64,000 nucleotides of DNA from Eubacteriales bacterium (GTDB lineage Bacteria; Bacillota; Clostridia; Oscillospirales; Oscillospiraceae), in the NCBI GenBank assembly GCA_048215895.1, contig DBFWXD010000461.1:14231-78230 (forward strand), in the 5' to 3' direction. This document shows positions 27,318 through 34,640 of this stretch, piece after piece. Made by a program: the position numbers and the translations under genes. The notes beneath the pieces were generated by a model. It was not told the DNA's origin. It ran no database searches and saw only the letters and a program-made list of their open reading frames with translations. Numbering within the stretch: position 1 is the stretch's first letter; every line of letters begins with the position of its first letter.

Positions 27318-28493
27318 ATGAACAGTCAGGAACGGAGAGAAGGCCGCTACCAGCGGCGAAAAGAGAAGCGGCAGAAAAAGCGGGAGGACCGTTGCGCCGC
27401 TCTGGGATCGCTGGCAGAAGTGTTCAGCTACCGGAAGATGTTCTTTTATGGCCGAAAGTGCTGCAACGGAGTACGGTGGAAGCAGTCAGCCCAAAACTTT
27501 GAGATGCACCTATTCTCCGGCACCGCCCGACGGCGGAGAGAAATTTTGAATGGGACCTGGAAACCGAAGAAGTGTGTCCATTTTACTCTATGCGAACGCG
27601 GGAAGGTACGGCCCATTGACGCGCCGCACATCACAGACCGGCAAGTGCACAAGACCCTCTGCAACGAGGTCCTTATACCGCTCTATACCCCCAGCATGAT
27701 ACACGACAATGGAGCCAGCCAAATTGGGAAGGGGTTGCACTGGCACTTCGACCGGGTCAAACAACACCTTACTTGGCATTATCGCCGCTACGGACGGGAG
27801 GGCGCTGTCCTCCAGATTGACCTGAAAAGCTACTTTCCCAATGCGCCCCATAACTTGATCTACCAGCGACATGAACAACTGATACCATCTCCGGATTTGC
27901 GAGAGCTTGCGGACAAGATCATATACTTTTCCCCCTGCACTACACCTGGCCGGGGGATGCCACTTGGCGTGGAGCCAAGCCAGCAGGAAATGGTGGCGCT
28001 CCCAAGTTCAATCGACAACTGGATGCTCTGTCAGGCTAAAGCCGAATACGGTGCGCATTTCATGGACGACTATCTTCTGGTCTTTCCGACCATCGAAGAA
28101 GCCAAGCGGATGGGGCATGAGATTGTGCGGCGGTTCGAATCTATGGGAATCCGGGTAAACAAGAAGAAGTGTAAGGTCACCCCGCTTACCAAACCATTCC
28201 GCTTCTGCAAAGCGAAGTTTACGCTGACGGAGAGCGGGAAGATCCGGGTGAATGGGAGCCGGGACGGAGTCAAACGGGCCAGACGCAAACTGAAACTGTT
28301 CTATCGGGAGTTCAAGGAAGAAAAGCGGGACTTCAAAAGCATTGAGCAGTATATGGAATGCCAGAGCGCTTACTATCGCAGTTTTGACGACCATGGGCGG
28401 CTGCTGCGCTTGCGGCGGCTATACCATGCCATATTTTTTGGAGGTGCAACCGAATGTTCAAAATCCTCAAAGGCGGGACTCAACTCGGCATGA
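27318..28493 (+). CDS. DGR reverse transcriptase
   Basis: QIDLKSYF, GMPLGVEPSQ (DGR-type LGxxxSQ), catalytic FMDD, FCK; adjacent to TR. Confidence 0.95.
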   Translation: MNSQERREGRYQRRKEKRQKKREDRCAALGSLAEVFSYRKMFFYGRKCCNGVRWKQSAQNFEMHLFSGTARRRREILNGTWKPKKCVHFTLCERGKVRPIDAPHITDRQVHKTLCNEVLIPLYTPSMIHDNGASQIGKGLHWHFDRVKQHLTWHYRRYGREGAVLQIDLKSYFPNAPHNLIYQRHEQLIPSPDLRELADKIIYFSPCTTPGRGMPLGVEPSQQEMVALPSSIDNWMLCQAKAEYGAHFMDDYLLVFPTIEEAKRMGHEIVRRFESMGIRVNKKKCKVTPLTKPFRFCKAKFTLTESGKIRVNGSRDGVKRARRKLKLFYREFKEEKRDFKSIEQYMECQSAYYRSFDDHGRLLRLRRLYHAIFFGGATECSKSSKAGLNSA

Positions 28494-29131
28494 CCGAGGC
28501 CCTCAGTTACATCAAAAAAGCCAAGAATGGCTGCTACATCCTATGCTCGGAGCCGGAGGCTTCGGGCATTGTTTTTTCTGGGACACCTTACCAACTGGCA
28601 GGGCGGCCAGAAATGGGAGACGTAGAGACGGTCACAGTGGAGGAAGCAGACGCCGGGACTGAACTACAGCTCGTGAACCATACCGTAACGGCCGCCGCCC
28701 GGCTGTCTGGGCAGATGGAAGTGGCAGCCCGAAGATATGTCCAGGCTGCCACCGACATCGATGACAGCTCCGCTTTGTCTATGCCGGATCTGTTCAAGAC
28801 CTGGGCCGAGGTGTTGGCCGCCGGGACCCAGCTCACCAAAGACACCATCATCAACGACGGTGGAGTCCTGTATAGAGTCGTGCAGCCAGTGACACCTCAG
28901 GAGCACCAGCCCCCGCACAGCGAGGGAATGCTGGCAATTTACCGGCCCATCGACGCCGCCCATGCCGGGACACAAGAGGACCCCGTTCCATTTGTGTACG
29001 GCATGGACACGGAGCAGGGAAAGTATTACAGCTTCGAGGGAAAGACCTACCTCTGTAATCTTACAATGACCCCCTGCGTGTGGGCTCCGGGTACGCCCGG
29101 CCTGTGGCAGTGGTCGGAGGTGACGGAGTAA
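28454..29131 (+). CDS. Phage protein with C-terminal Trp/Tyr-rich carbohydrate-binding-like region
   Basis: GVLYRVVQP...GKYYSFEGKTYLC...WAPGTPGLWQW; GGAGG RBS inside the RT 3' end. Confidence 0.65.
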   Translation: MFKILKGGTQLGMTEALSYIKKAKNGCYILCSEPEASGIVFSGTPYQLAGRPEMGDVETVTVEEADAGTELQLVNHTVTAAARLSGQMEVAARRYVQAATDIDDSSALSMPDLFKTWAEVLAAGTQLTKDTIINDGGVLYRVVQPVTPQEHQPPHSEGMLAIYRPIDAAHAGTQEDPVPFVYGMDTEQGKYYSFEGKTYLCNLTMTPCVWAPGTPGLWQWSEVTE

Positions 29132-29532
29132 TGGGGCAGTATGTGGCCAGAAAGCGGGCCAGGTTTTATAGCGGAGGCCGACAAGTCAATATCCCTTGGG
29201 GAGCCGTCCTGGATGAGCAGGACGGCTCTCTTTATTGGCAGGGCCGACCGCTATGCCGGATTAGCAGCCAGAACGCCTACGACTACTTCAGTCGGAACGA
29301 CGACGGCAACGGGAAACTCCGGGGTCAGCTCGTTGGAGCTATCCTGAGCCGTCTGGAGCGGAGAGATGCCAACTATCAGGCCCGCTGGGATCGGGTATGG
29401 GAATCCCCGCTGTGCCAGCCCTACAAGCGGCCAGAGCACGAGGACTGGTGGGTGTGGAACTATGCTTTCTATAATGCGCCGATTCCTGACCTGCAGCGCA
29501 TCGCCGCACTTGTCGGAGCAAAAAGGAGGTGA
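29131..29532 (+). CDS. Hypothetical phage protein
   Basis: Start coupled to the upstream stop (TAATG). Confidence 0.65.
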   Translation: MGQYVARKRARFYSGGRQVNIPWGAVLDEQDGSLYWQGRPLCRISSQNAYDYFSRNDDGNGKLRGQLVGAILSRLERRDANYQARWDRVWESPLCQPYKRPEHEDWWVWNYAFYNAPIPDLQRIAALVGAKRR

Positions 29533-29537
29533 GTCCA

Positions 29538-29885
29538 ATGGTTCAAATCGAAGTTGGAGAACTGGTGATGGCCTTCATCGTTGCCATGGGAATCCCGTCG
29601 GCAGTGATGGGGCTCATTGTCTGGCGGCTAAAAGGCCGGATCGAGGACAAAGAGAAGGCCCAGGACAAGAAGAATGAGGATCAGCAAGAACTGATCCTCA
29701 TTCTCGTTCAGAGCACCCGGGCCAGCATCGCCCTCGGAGAAGCCACCGCGAAGGCCGTCCAGCGCATTCCTGATGCCCACTGTAACGGGGATATGCACTC
29801 GGCACTGGAGTACGCCACCAGCATCAAACACAAGCAGAAAGAGTTTCTTGACCGCCAGGGTATTCACGCCCTGTTGGACGATTGA
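29538..29885 (+). CDS. Single-TM lysis-region protein (holin-like)
   Basis: N-terminal TM segment, CNGDMH motif; position before the endolysin. Confidence 0.6.
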   Translation: MVQIEVGELVMAFIVAMGIPSAVMGLIVWRLKGRIEDKEKAQDKKNEDQQELILILVQSTRASIALGEATAKAVQRIPDAHCNGDMHSALEYATSIKHKQKEFLDRQGIHALLDD

Positions 29886-29898
29886 AAGGAGTCATAGT

Positions 29899-30129
29899 AT
29901 GAACGAGAAAATCATCAAGCGCCTGGCCGCCCTCATGTCTGTCAAGAGCATCGTTACGCTGGCTCTGACGGGAGTGTTCGCTTTCATGGCGTGCACCAAC
30001 CAGATCAGCCAGGATTTCATGACCATCTACGCGGTCATCATCGCATTCTATTTCGGCACCCAGAGCCAGCGGATTCAGGACGCCGTGGACGGAGGTGACA
30101 AACATGACGGAGCTGGAACTACGGAATAA
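29899..30129 (+). CDS. Holin (two TM segments)
   Basis: VKSIVTLALTGVFAFM...IYAVIIAFYFGTQ. Confidence 0.75.
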   Translation: MNEKIIKRLAALMSVKSIVTLALTGVFAFMACTNQISQDFMTIYAVIIAFYFGTQSQRIQDAVDGGDKHDGAGTTE

Positions 30130-30868
30130 AGTCGTAGATGTCATGCGGGGCTGGCTGGGATGGTCTGAGGCCAACGGCAAGTTTCGCTCCATCATCGACC
30201 TCTACAACACCCAGCGGCCCCTCCCCAGGGGATATGCTGTCCAGTACGACGACGAGTGGTGCGCCACCTGCGTCACCGCTGCCGGTATCCAGGCCGGGCT
30301 CCACGACATCATCCTGGGAGAGTGCGGCTGCGGAAAGATGATAGAACTCTACCAGGCTGCCGGTCGCTGGGAGGAAAACGACGCATACCGGCCGGAGCCC
30401 GGCGACATCATCATGTATGACTGGCAGGACACCGGCAAGGGAGACAACACCGGCGGGGCTGACCACGTTGGTATCGTGGAGAAGGTGGTGGGCAACACCA
30501 TCACCATCATTGAAGGGAACAAGGGGGAGGCAGTGGCCCGGCGGACGCTGGCTGTGAACGGCCGGTATATCCGGGGGTACTGCCTCCCTGACTATGCAAG
30601 CAAGGCAGAGGAGGACGATGATATGGACCAGACCAAGTTCAACGAGATGTTCAAGGTTGCTATGGCAGCACACCAGAAAGAGCTTCAGGACAATGACTGC
30701 GGCGAGTGGAGCCGGGAGGCGAGAGAGTGGGCCATCAGCGAGGGGCTGTTCGCTGGCAACGGCACCACCGCAGACGGCCAGCCTAACTATATGTGGGCCA
30801 GCCCTCTGACCCGTGAGCAAGCCGCCCAGCTCTTTTACCGTTACGCCCAGCAGCACGGTCTTGTATGA
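30104..30868 (+). CDS. Endolysin, CHAP amidase with C-terminal SLH-like region
   Basis: EWCATCV, DHVGIVE, IIEGN; WAISEGL...LTREQAA. Confidence 0.88.
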   Translation: MTELELRNKVVDVMRGWLGWSEANGKFRSIIDLYNTQRPLPRGYAVQYDDEWCATCVTAAGIQAGLHDIILGECGCGKMIELYQAAGRWEENDAYRPEPGDIIMYDWQDTGKGDNTGGADHVGIVEKVVGNTITIIEGNKGEAVARRTLAVNGRYIRGYCLPDYASKAEEDDDMDQTKFNEMFKVAMAAHQKELQDNDCGEWSREAREWAISEGLFAGNGTTADGQPNYMWASPLTREQAAQLFYRYAQQHGLV

Positions 30869-31215
30869 TGGGCGGCGGGAAGCGCCTGGCCGGAGGTAAG
30901 AGCCGGAAGAGGCCAGATATGTCTCAGTTCTCAAAGTGGATGATCGCCGACATCCGCCCGCTCCTGTGGATTGTCACCGTGGGCGGCCTGCTGCTGGCCT
31001 TTTACTGCGTCCATGAAGGTTTCACCGGGGCTCTGCCGTGGATCGGTGCCATGGTGGGCCTCCCGTGGACCGCCCATGGCGTGGTCTGCACGGCCTACTT
31101 GAGCCTGTGCAAGTCGGACCACAAGGAAGGCGGCATTACCTACGAGGCAGCCAAGGCCGTCAACTTCAATGCTCCGCAGGAGCCGGAGGGCTCCATAGAC
31201 AGTCCGGCCATCTAA
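30865..31215 (+). CDS. Two-TM membrane protein of the lysis cassette
   Basis: QFSKW...two hydrophobic segments...GGITYEAA. Confidence 0.65.
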   Translation: MMGGGKRLAGGKSRKRPDMSQFSKWMIADIRPLLWIVTVGGLLLAFYCVHEGFTGALPWIGAMVGLPWTAHGVVCTAYLSLCKSDHKEGGITYEAAKAVNFNAPQEPEGSIDSPAI

Positions 31216-31221
31216 AGCGAA

Positions 31222-31266
31222 CGCCCCCATCTCGGTCTCAGGGCCGAGGTGGGGGCGCTTTTTGTT
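31222..31266 (+). terminator. Terminator of the late operon
   Basis: CGCCCCCATCTCGG...CCGAGGTGGGGGCG followed by CTTTTTGTTT. Confidence 0.85.
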
Positions 31267-31276
31267 TATATAGGGC

Positions 31277-31305
31277 TTGCGAAGATTGTCGGAAACTGGT
31301 AGAAT
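31277..31305 (+). promoter_or_regulatory. Promoter of the type I toxin
   Basis: TTGCGA, 17 nt, TAGAAT with TG extension. Confidence 0.7.
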
Positions 31306-31357
31306 AATCCCCGGTCGCCCTGCCTCCGGCCCGGTAATCGGGAAGGAGGTGATAGCT

Positions 31358-31456
31358 ATGCTGGAGGCGATACTCAATTTCTTACTGGCCGTCGCAGCGG
31401 GTGTAATTGGCACTTACATCTGCAAGTGGCTTGACGACCACAACAAGGGCGACTAA
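31358..31456 (+). CDS. Fst-like type I toxin peptide (32 aa; absent from the ORF track)
   Basis: MLEAILNFLLAVAAGVIGTYICKWLDDHNKGD; single TM, Trp, charged tail; strong AAGGAGGT RBS. Confidence 0.82.
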   Translation: MLEAILNFLLAVAAGVIGTYICKWLDDHNKGD

Positions 31457-31457
31457 G

Positions 31458-31526
31458 CACAGGAAACCGGGAGGGTGGCACCCCTCCCGGTTTCCGCTAT
31501 GCTGGAGATACTCAATTTCTTAGGCA
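31458..31526 (-). ncRNA. Candidate antitoxin RNA (par RNA II-like)
   Basis: Convergent promoter TTGCAT-17-TATAAT (31560-31532), a 27-nt copy of the toxin start region at 31496-31522, and a shared 14-bp hairpin at 31462-31495. Confidence 0.75.
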
Positions 31527-31747
31527 AGGTAATTATACCAGCCAGTGGCAGTATATGCAAGAGGGAAAATAAAAATTCCATCCACCTGTACTGCTTTACC
31601 CTCTGTTTGCCCCGTAGACGGCCCGTAGCGGCCTTTTTACTCCGATAGGGTATAAACATACTACCCAAGGCGCAAAAGGCCCTGTTTTTTCTTTTGGAAA
31701 AAAGAGAAGCGGTAACCAGATGGGAGGGGTAGTTTTAGGGGGGCAAG

Positions 31748-31784
31748 TAAAAAGGCGACGGCGGCCCAACTGTGGGCCGCCGCT
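31748..31784 (-). terminator. Terminator of the minus-strand small-gene operon
   Basis: GCGGCGGCCCA-CAG-TTGGGCCGCCGT...TTTTT on the minus strand. Confidence 0.7.
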
Positions 31785-31796
31785 TTGTGCACTATA

Positions 31797-32000
31797 TCAG
31801 TATGTGACTTCAAAACCGTGCCGTCGAAGGTACTGCTCAGCCTGTGCCTCTTGGGTGAAAATTCTAGATCGCCTTCTCTGCTTGTCCCGGCCCAAAATAA
31901 CCGTGCTTCCGATCCCCTTTAGCACATATTGAATTTTGCCATTCTTTTCGACCACGTTGTAGTAGAGGGCCTCGCCTCTCGAATTTTCTAACCTCGGCAT
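31797..32000 (-). CDS. Small basic hypothetical protein (67 aa)
   Basis: AAAGGAGG RBS then ATG at 32000. Confidence 0.7.
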   Translation of the reverse strand: MPRLENSRGEALYYNVVEKNGKIQYVLKGIGSTVILGRDKQRRRSRIFTQEAQAEQYLRRHGFEVTY

Positions 32001-32025
32001 GATTTGCCGCCTCCTTTGCAAAGCC

Positions 32026-32088
32026 TGGCCTGTCATCGTCAGCGCCGGGGAGCCATTCCACGGCGGACGCCCCGAGGGGCGTTTCGAC
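32026..32088 (-). ncRNA. Type II hammerhead ribozyme 1
   Basis: GUC-GAAA-CGCCC(CUCG)GGGCG-UC^CGCCG...CGGCG-CUGACGA-U-GAC; complete core and stems I-III. Confidence 0.88.
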
Positions 32089-32283
32089 TTATGCGGCGAC
32101 GTTAAAGGTCATTACTCCGGCCTCGGAGGGGATGTCCCAGCTTTCTACTTTCAGCTCGGAGAGTTCCGCCGGGATTTCATCCGCTGGCCCTTTCCAAAGG
32201 TCCTCCGCTCTTTCCACGTCGTAGACAACAACGGTGCAAAATCCGGGTTCAATACACAAGTCCAAAAAGTCACAGATACGCAT
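32089..32283 (-). CDS. Small acidic hypothetical protein (64 aa)
   Basis: GGAGG RBS, ATG 32283; flanked by the two ribozymes. Confidence 0.7.
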   Translation of the reverse strand: MRICDFLDLCIEPGFCTVVVYDVERAEDLWKGPADEIPAELSELKVESWDIPSEAGVMTFNVAA

Positions 32284-32308
32284 TTCAATAATCCTCCGTT
32301 TGTAAAAT

Positions 32309-32373
32309 TGGCCTACCATCATCAGCGCCGGGGGGCCGGTCCACGGCGGACGCCCCAAGAGAGGCGTTTCGGC
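32309..32373 (-). ncRNA. Type II hammerhead ribozyme 2
   Basis: GCC-GAAA-CGCCUC(UCUU)GGGGCG-UC^CGCCG...CGGCG-CUGAUGA-U-GGU. Confidence 0.85.
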
Positions 32374-32828
32374 TAGTTCATCAGGGCTTGAGCCAGGGCT
32401 GTATAGTGCGCCAGCATAATTTTTTCTCGCTGGACACTGGGGTGGGACTCTCCCAAATTCCAAGTGCTCCGGCGAACGCTCTCAGCCAGCTCGGCTGCCT
32501 GTGCCTGGAAAAAGGCGATGACCTCGCTCATGTCTTTGCAGGGCGGCTTGACCTCGATTGTGGCGTGTTCCCTGTTCCAACTAGTAGCCTGAGCGGCTTT
32601 GAAACGGTCGCTAACAAACACACTGATGGGCCAAAAGCAGAGGTTGTATTTTGCCTTGCTGATTTTGCCGTATTTGGAAATCTGCTTCAGGCTGTAGTCT
32701 CGACCGCTCCAGGTCGGATCGCCAGGAGAATGAGTTACAAAGTAGAGGCCGTTGTCATTTTTGAAATAAGCTCCGGAGATCTCTACGATATCGCCGGTTT
32801 TGATTTCAACACCGTTCTTATCCAGCAT
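32373..32828 (-). CDS. Hypothetical protein with YopX-like N-terminal motif (151 aa)
   Basis: MLDKNGVEIKTGDIV; GGAGG RBS within the upstream gene end. Confidence 0.7.
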   Translation of the reverse strand: MLDKNGVEIKTGDIVEISGAYFKNDNGLYFVTHSPGDPTWSGRDYSLKQISKYGKISKAKYNLCFWPISVFVSDRFKAAQATSWNREHATIEVKPPCKDMSEVIAFFQAQAAELAESVRRSTWNLGESHPSVQREKIMLAHYTALAQALMN

Positions 32829-32829
32829 T

Positions 32830-33045
32830 TTATTCAGCCTCCTCATTTTCGCCGTAGTTCTCTTCGAAGCGGTCTTCGGTAATACCGCCGTAGGTGTAGC
32901 CACTGTCAAAGCTGAGGTAAATCGGGGTGTCCTCGTCGTAGTCCTCCAGAAAAGCCCTCAACTCGCCAACAGTCATGGTCTTGCGGATTTGGTCAGTGCC
33001 GTAGCCCTCGCGGAACGTGTGATACATCAGTCTAGTCATTTTCAT
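32830..33045 (-). CDS. Small acidic hypothetical protein (71 aa)
   Basis: TMTVGELRAFLEDYDEDTPIYL; GAAAGGA RBS. Confidence 0.72.
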   Translation of the reverse strand: MKMTRLMYHTFREGYGTDQIRKTMTVGELRAFLEDYDEDTPIYLSFDSGYTYGGITEDRFEENYGENEEAE

Positions 33046-33079
33046 AGTCCTTTCTGGCTGGTTGCCGTATATTCTATAT

Positions 33080-33151
33080 ATCGAATTTCTGATTACAATA
33101 TAGCTCGATAAATCGAATTTGTCAAGCCTGATTATTCTTTTTATCGAATTT
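33080..33151 (-). promoter_or_regulatory. Promoter with three direct-repeat operator candidates
   Basis: TTGACA (33125-33120), 17 nt, TATATT (33102-33097); ATCGAATTT at 33080, 33112 and 33143. Confidence 0.7.
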
Positions 33152-33222
33152 TTTATGAACACTTGGGCGAAGCCTCTAAAACAGCAAAAGGCTTCGATAC
33201 CGGAGTCTAGCGGCCCCTGATA

Positions 33223-33286
33223 CAAAAGCGACGAGAGCGACAAGAAATGGGATGGTATGTCCCTTTTGTCGCTCTCGTCGCTTTTG
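33223..33286. repeat. Perfect 21-bp inverted repeat
   Basis: CAAAAGCGACGAGAGCGACAA ... TTGTCGCTCTCGTCGCTTTTG. Confidence 0.9.
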
Positions 33287-33496
33287 GGTGTGGTACGCCG
33301 TAAACCCGGCTATTTCAAAAGTTTATCTTGTGTTGTACCATTTGTACCACGGCGAATAAAGAAATAAATCAATTAGGGAAGAATAGCCGGTTATCGTCCG
33401 CCTAATGCGCGTAAAACTATACGCGCACACGAACACCGGGACAGCAGAAACAAAAAAAGCCCGGACATTTGGTGTCCGGGCAAGAAGCGGAGGTAT

Positions 33497-33760
33497 TTAC
33501 TTTCCAGAAGGGTGCTGGGGAGCGCCGATGCGAGTCTTTACACGTGGCTCCTTGTTTGGTACAATCTCAATCAAGTCGGCAATGTCGCAACCGAGGGCTT
33601 CACATATCAAATCAATATGGTCGATGCTCACTCGAGTTGCGACCTCATGATAAAGCTCACTGATCGTATTGGGGCGAATCCTCGTCATCCTAGAAAGGTC
33701 TGCTTGTGTCCACTTTCGCTCGCCAAGCCGAGTGGACAGTAAAATTCTAACCATAGCCAC
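33497..33760 (-). CDS. Cro/CI-type (XRE) HTH regulator
   Basis: WTQADLSRMTRIRPNTISELY...LICEALGCDIADLIE; terminator-like hairpin at 33452-33481. Confidence 0.88.
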   Translation of the reverse strand: MAMVRILLSTRLGERKWTQADLSRMTRIRPNTISELYHEVATRVSIDHIDLICEALGCDIADLIEIVPNKEPRVKTRIGAPQHPSGK

Positions 33761-33884
33761 GCGCTCCTTTTCGTTAAAGTATAGCGGCTATGGTAATATT
33801 TTTCTTTGTTTTGTTAGAAAATATCGGTTTTCGATAGAAAAGTTTGGGACAAAAAAAGAACGCCCGAAGGCGGCATAAGCTGGC

Positions 33885-34030
33885 TTGGGGTGAATTTGGG
33901 GTGAAACGCTATGAAAAGTCACCCCAAGTGACGAGCCGAAGCAAAAGATACGGCATAAAAACCCTTGATTTATAAGGCTTTGCAAACGATGCGAAACGCT
34001 ACAAAAAGTAAAAGTGGTTATTAGAATGGA
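33885..34030. other. Putative prophage right attachment region
   Basis: Repeats GGGGTGAA x2 plus inverted TCACCCCA and GAAACGCTA x2, AT-rich, next to an apparently interrupted ORF; the matching left site is not in the window. Confidence 0.4.
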
Positions 34031-34130
34031 TGTACTTCAGTAAAGCGCGGATAATGCAGACAAAGAGAAAGATGGAACCTCCGATGATAGGAATACCAAA
34101 GATGGCTAAGGCAATAGTTGTTTTCAGCAT
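33999..34130 (-). pseudogene. 5' fragment of a membrane-anchored protein gene, probably interrupted by the prophage
   Basis: AGGAGG RBS; MLKTTIALAIFGIPIIGGSIFLFVCIIRALLKYIHS then runs into the AT-rich att-like sequence and stops. Confidence 0.45.
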
Positions 34131-34385
34131 GAGTAAAAACCTCCTGCGTAAATGATACATCAAAGATACACCAGATACAATGTATCATCCATCAATTATA
34201 ACGCAACTATGAGGTGCGAAACGGTGGCAGAGGCGAAATCCAGAAGAAATTATCCTCTTAGGAGAACTATTAAGGCGAAGGATGGAATGAAGGGGTAACG
34301 CCCGGAAACGTCCTCTTTAAGACTGCGACATGCGAGGTGGCGGCAACAGCCTAATTGTATGAAGCTCGCAGAAGTCGGCAAAGAG

Positions 34386-34640
34386 TTATCGCAATCGATA
34401 GAGGTTTGAGGTACATCCACCGTTGCTTCGCTGCCTAGGGAGCTTGGCGATCAGTTCTTCACGGCATAATTCCGCCAGTGCTCTCTTGACGGTGGAGCGG
34501 GATAAGCCCAGCTCCACCGCGATGGTATTGATTCCGGGCCAGCAGGTTCCGTTGCTGTCCGCCCGGTCCTTCAGATACATATAGACCGCTCTGGCCCGAT
34601 GGTTCAGGTCAGAGCGGTAGATTTTTTCAAAATGTCCCAT
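34386..34640 (-). CDS. Small winged-HTH protein (HTH_36-like)
   Basis: AVYMYLKDRAD...CWPGINTIAVELGLSRSTVKRAL...SNLY. Confidence 0.85.
   Translation of the reverse strand: MGHFEKIYRSDLNHRARAVYMYLKDRADSNGTCWPGINTIAVELGLSRSTVKRALAELCREELIAKLPRQRSNGGCTSNLYRLR

Larger units (their letters stand above)
1..34020 (+). mobile_element. Prophage (right part), contractile-tailed myovirus-like, temperate; left end lies outside the window
   Basis: Ordered helicase, late activator, terminase, portal, head, sheath/tube, tape measure, baseplate, fibre and lysis genes. Right boundary approximated from att-like repeats at 33885-34010 and an apparently interrupted ORF. Confidence 0.93.

Noticed and set aside
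27318..28493. Group II intron, retron or Abi interpretation of the RT
   Set aside because: The TR/VR pair, avd and GxxxSQ motif indicate a DGR; no intron domain V or maturase/endonuclease extension was seen.
32026..32373. Repeat pair as a CRISPR mini-array or simple terminators
   Set aside because: Only two long diverged copies separated by a gene, no cas genes, no U tracts; the hammerhead core explains them.
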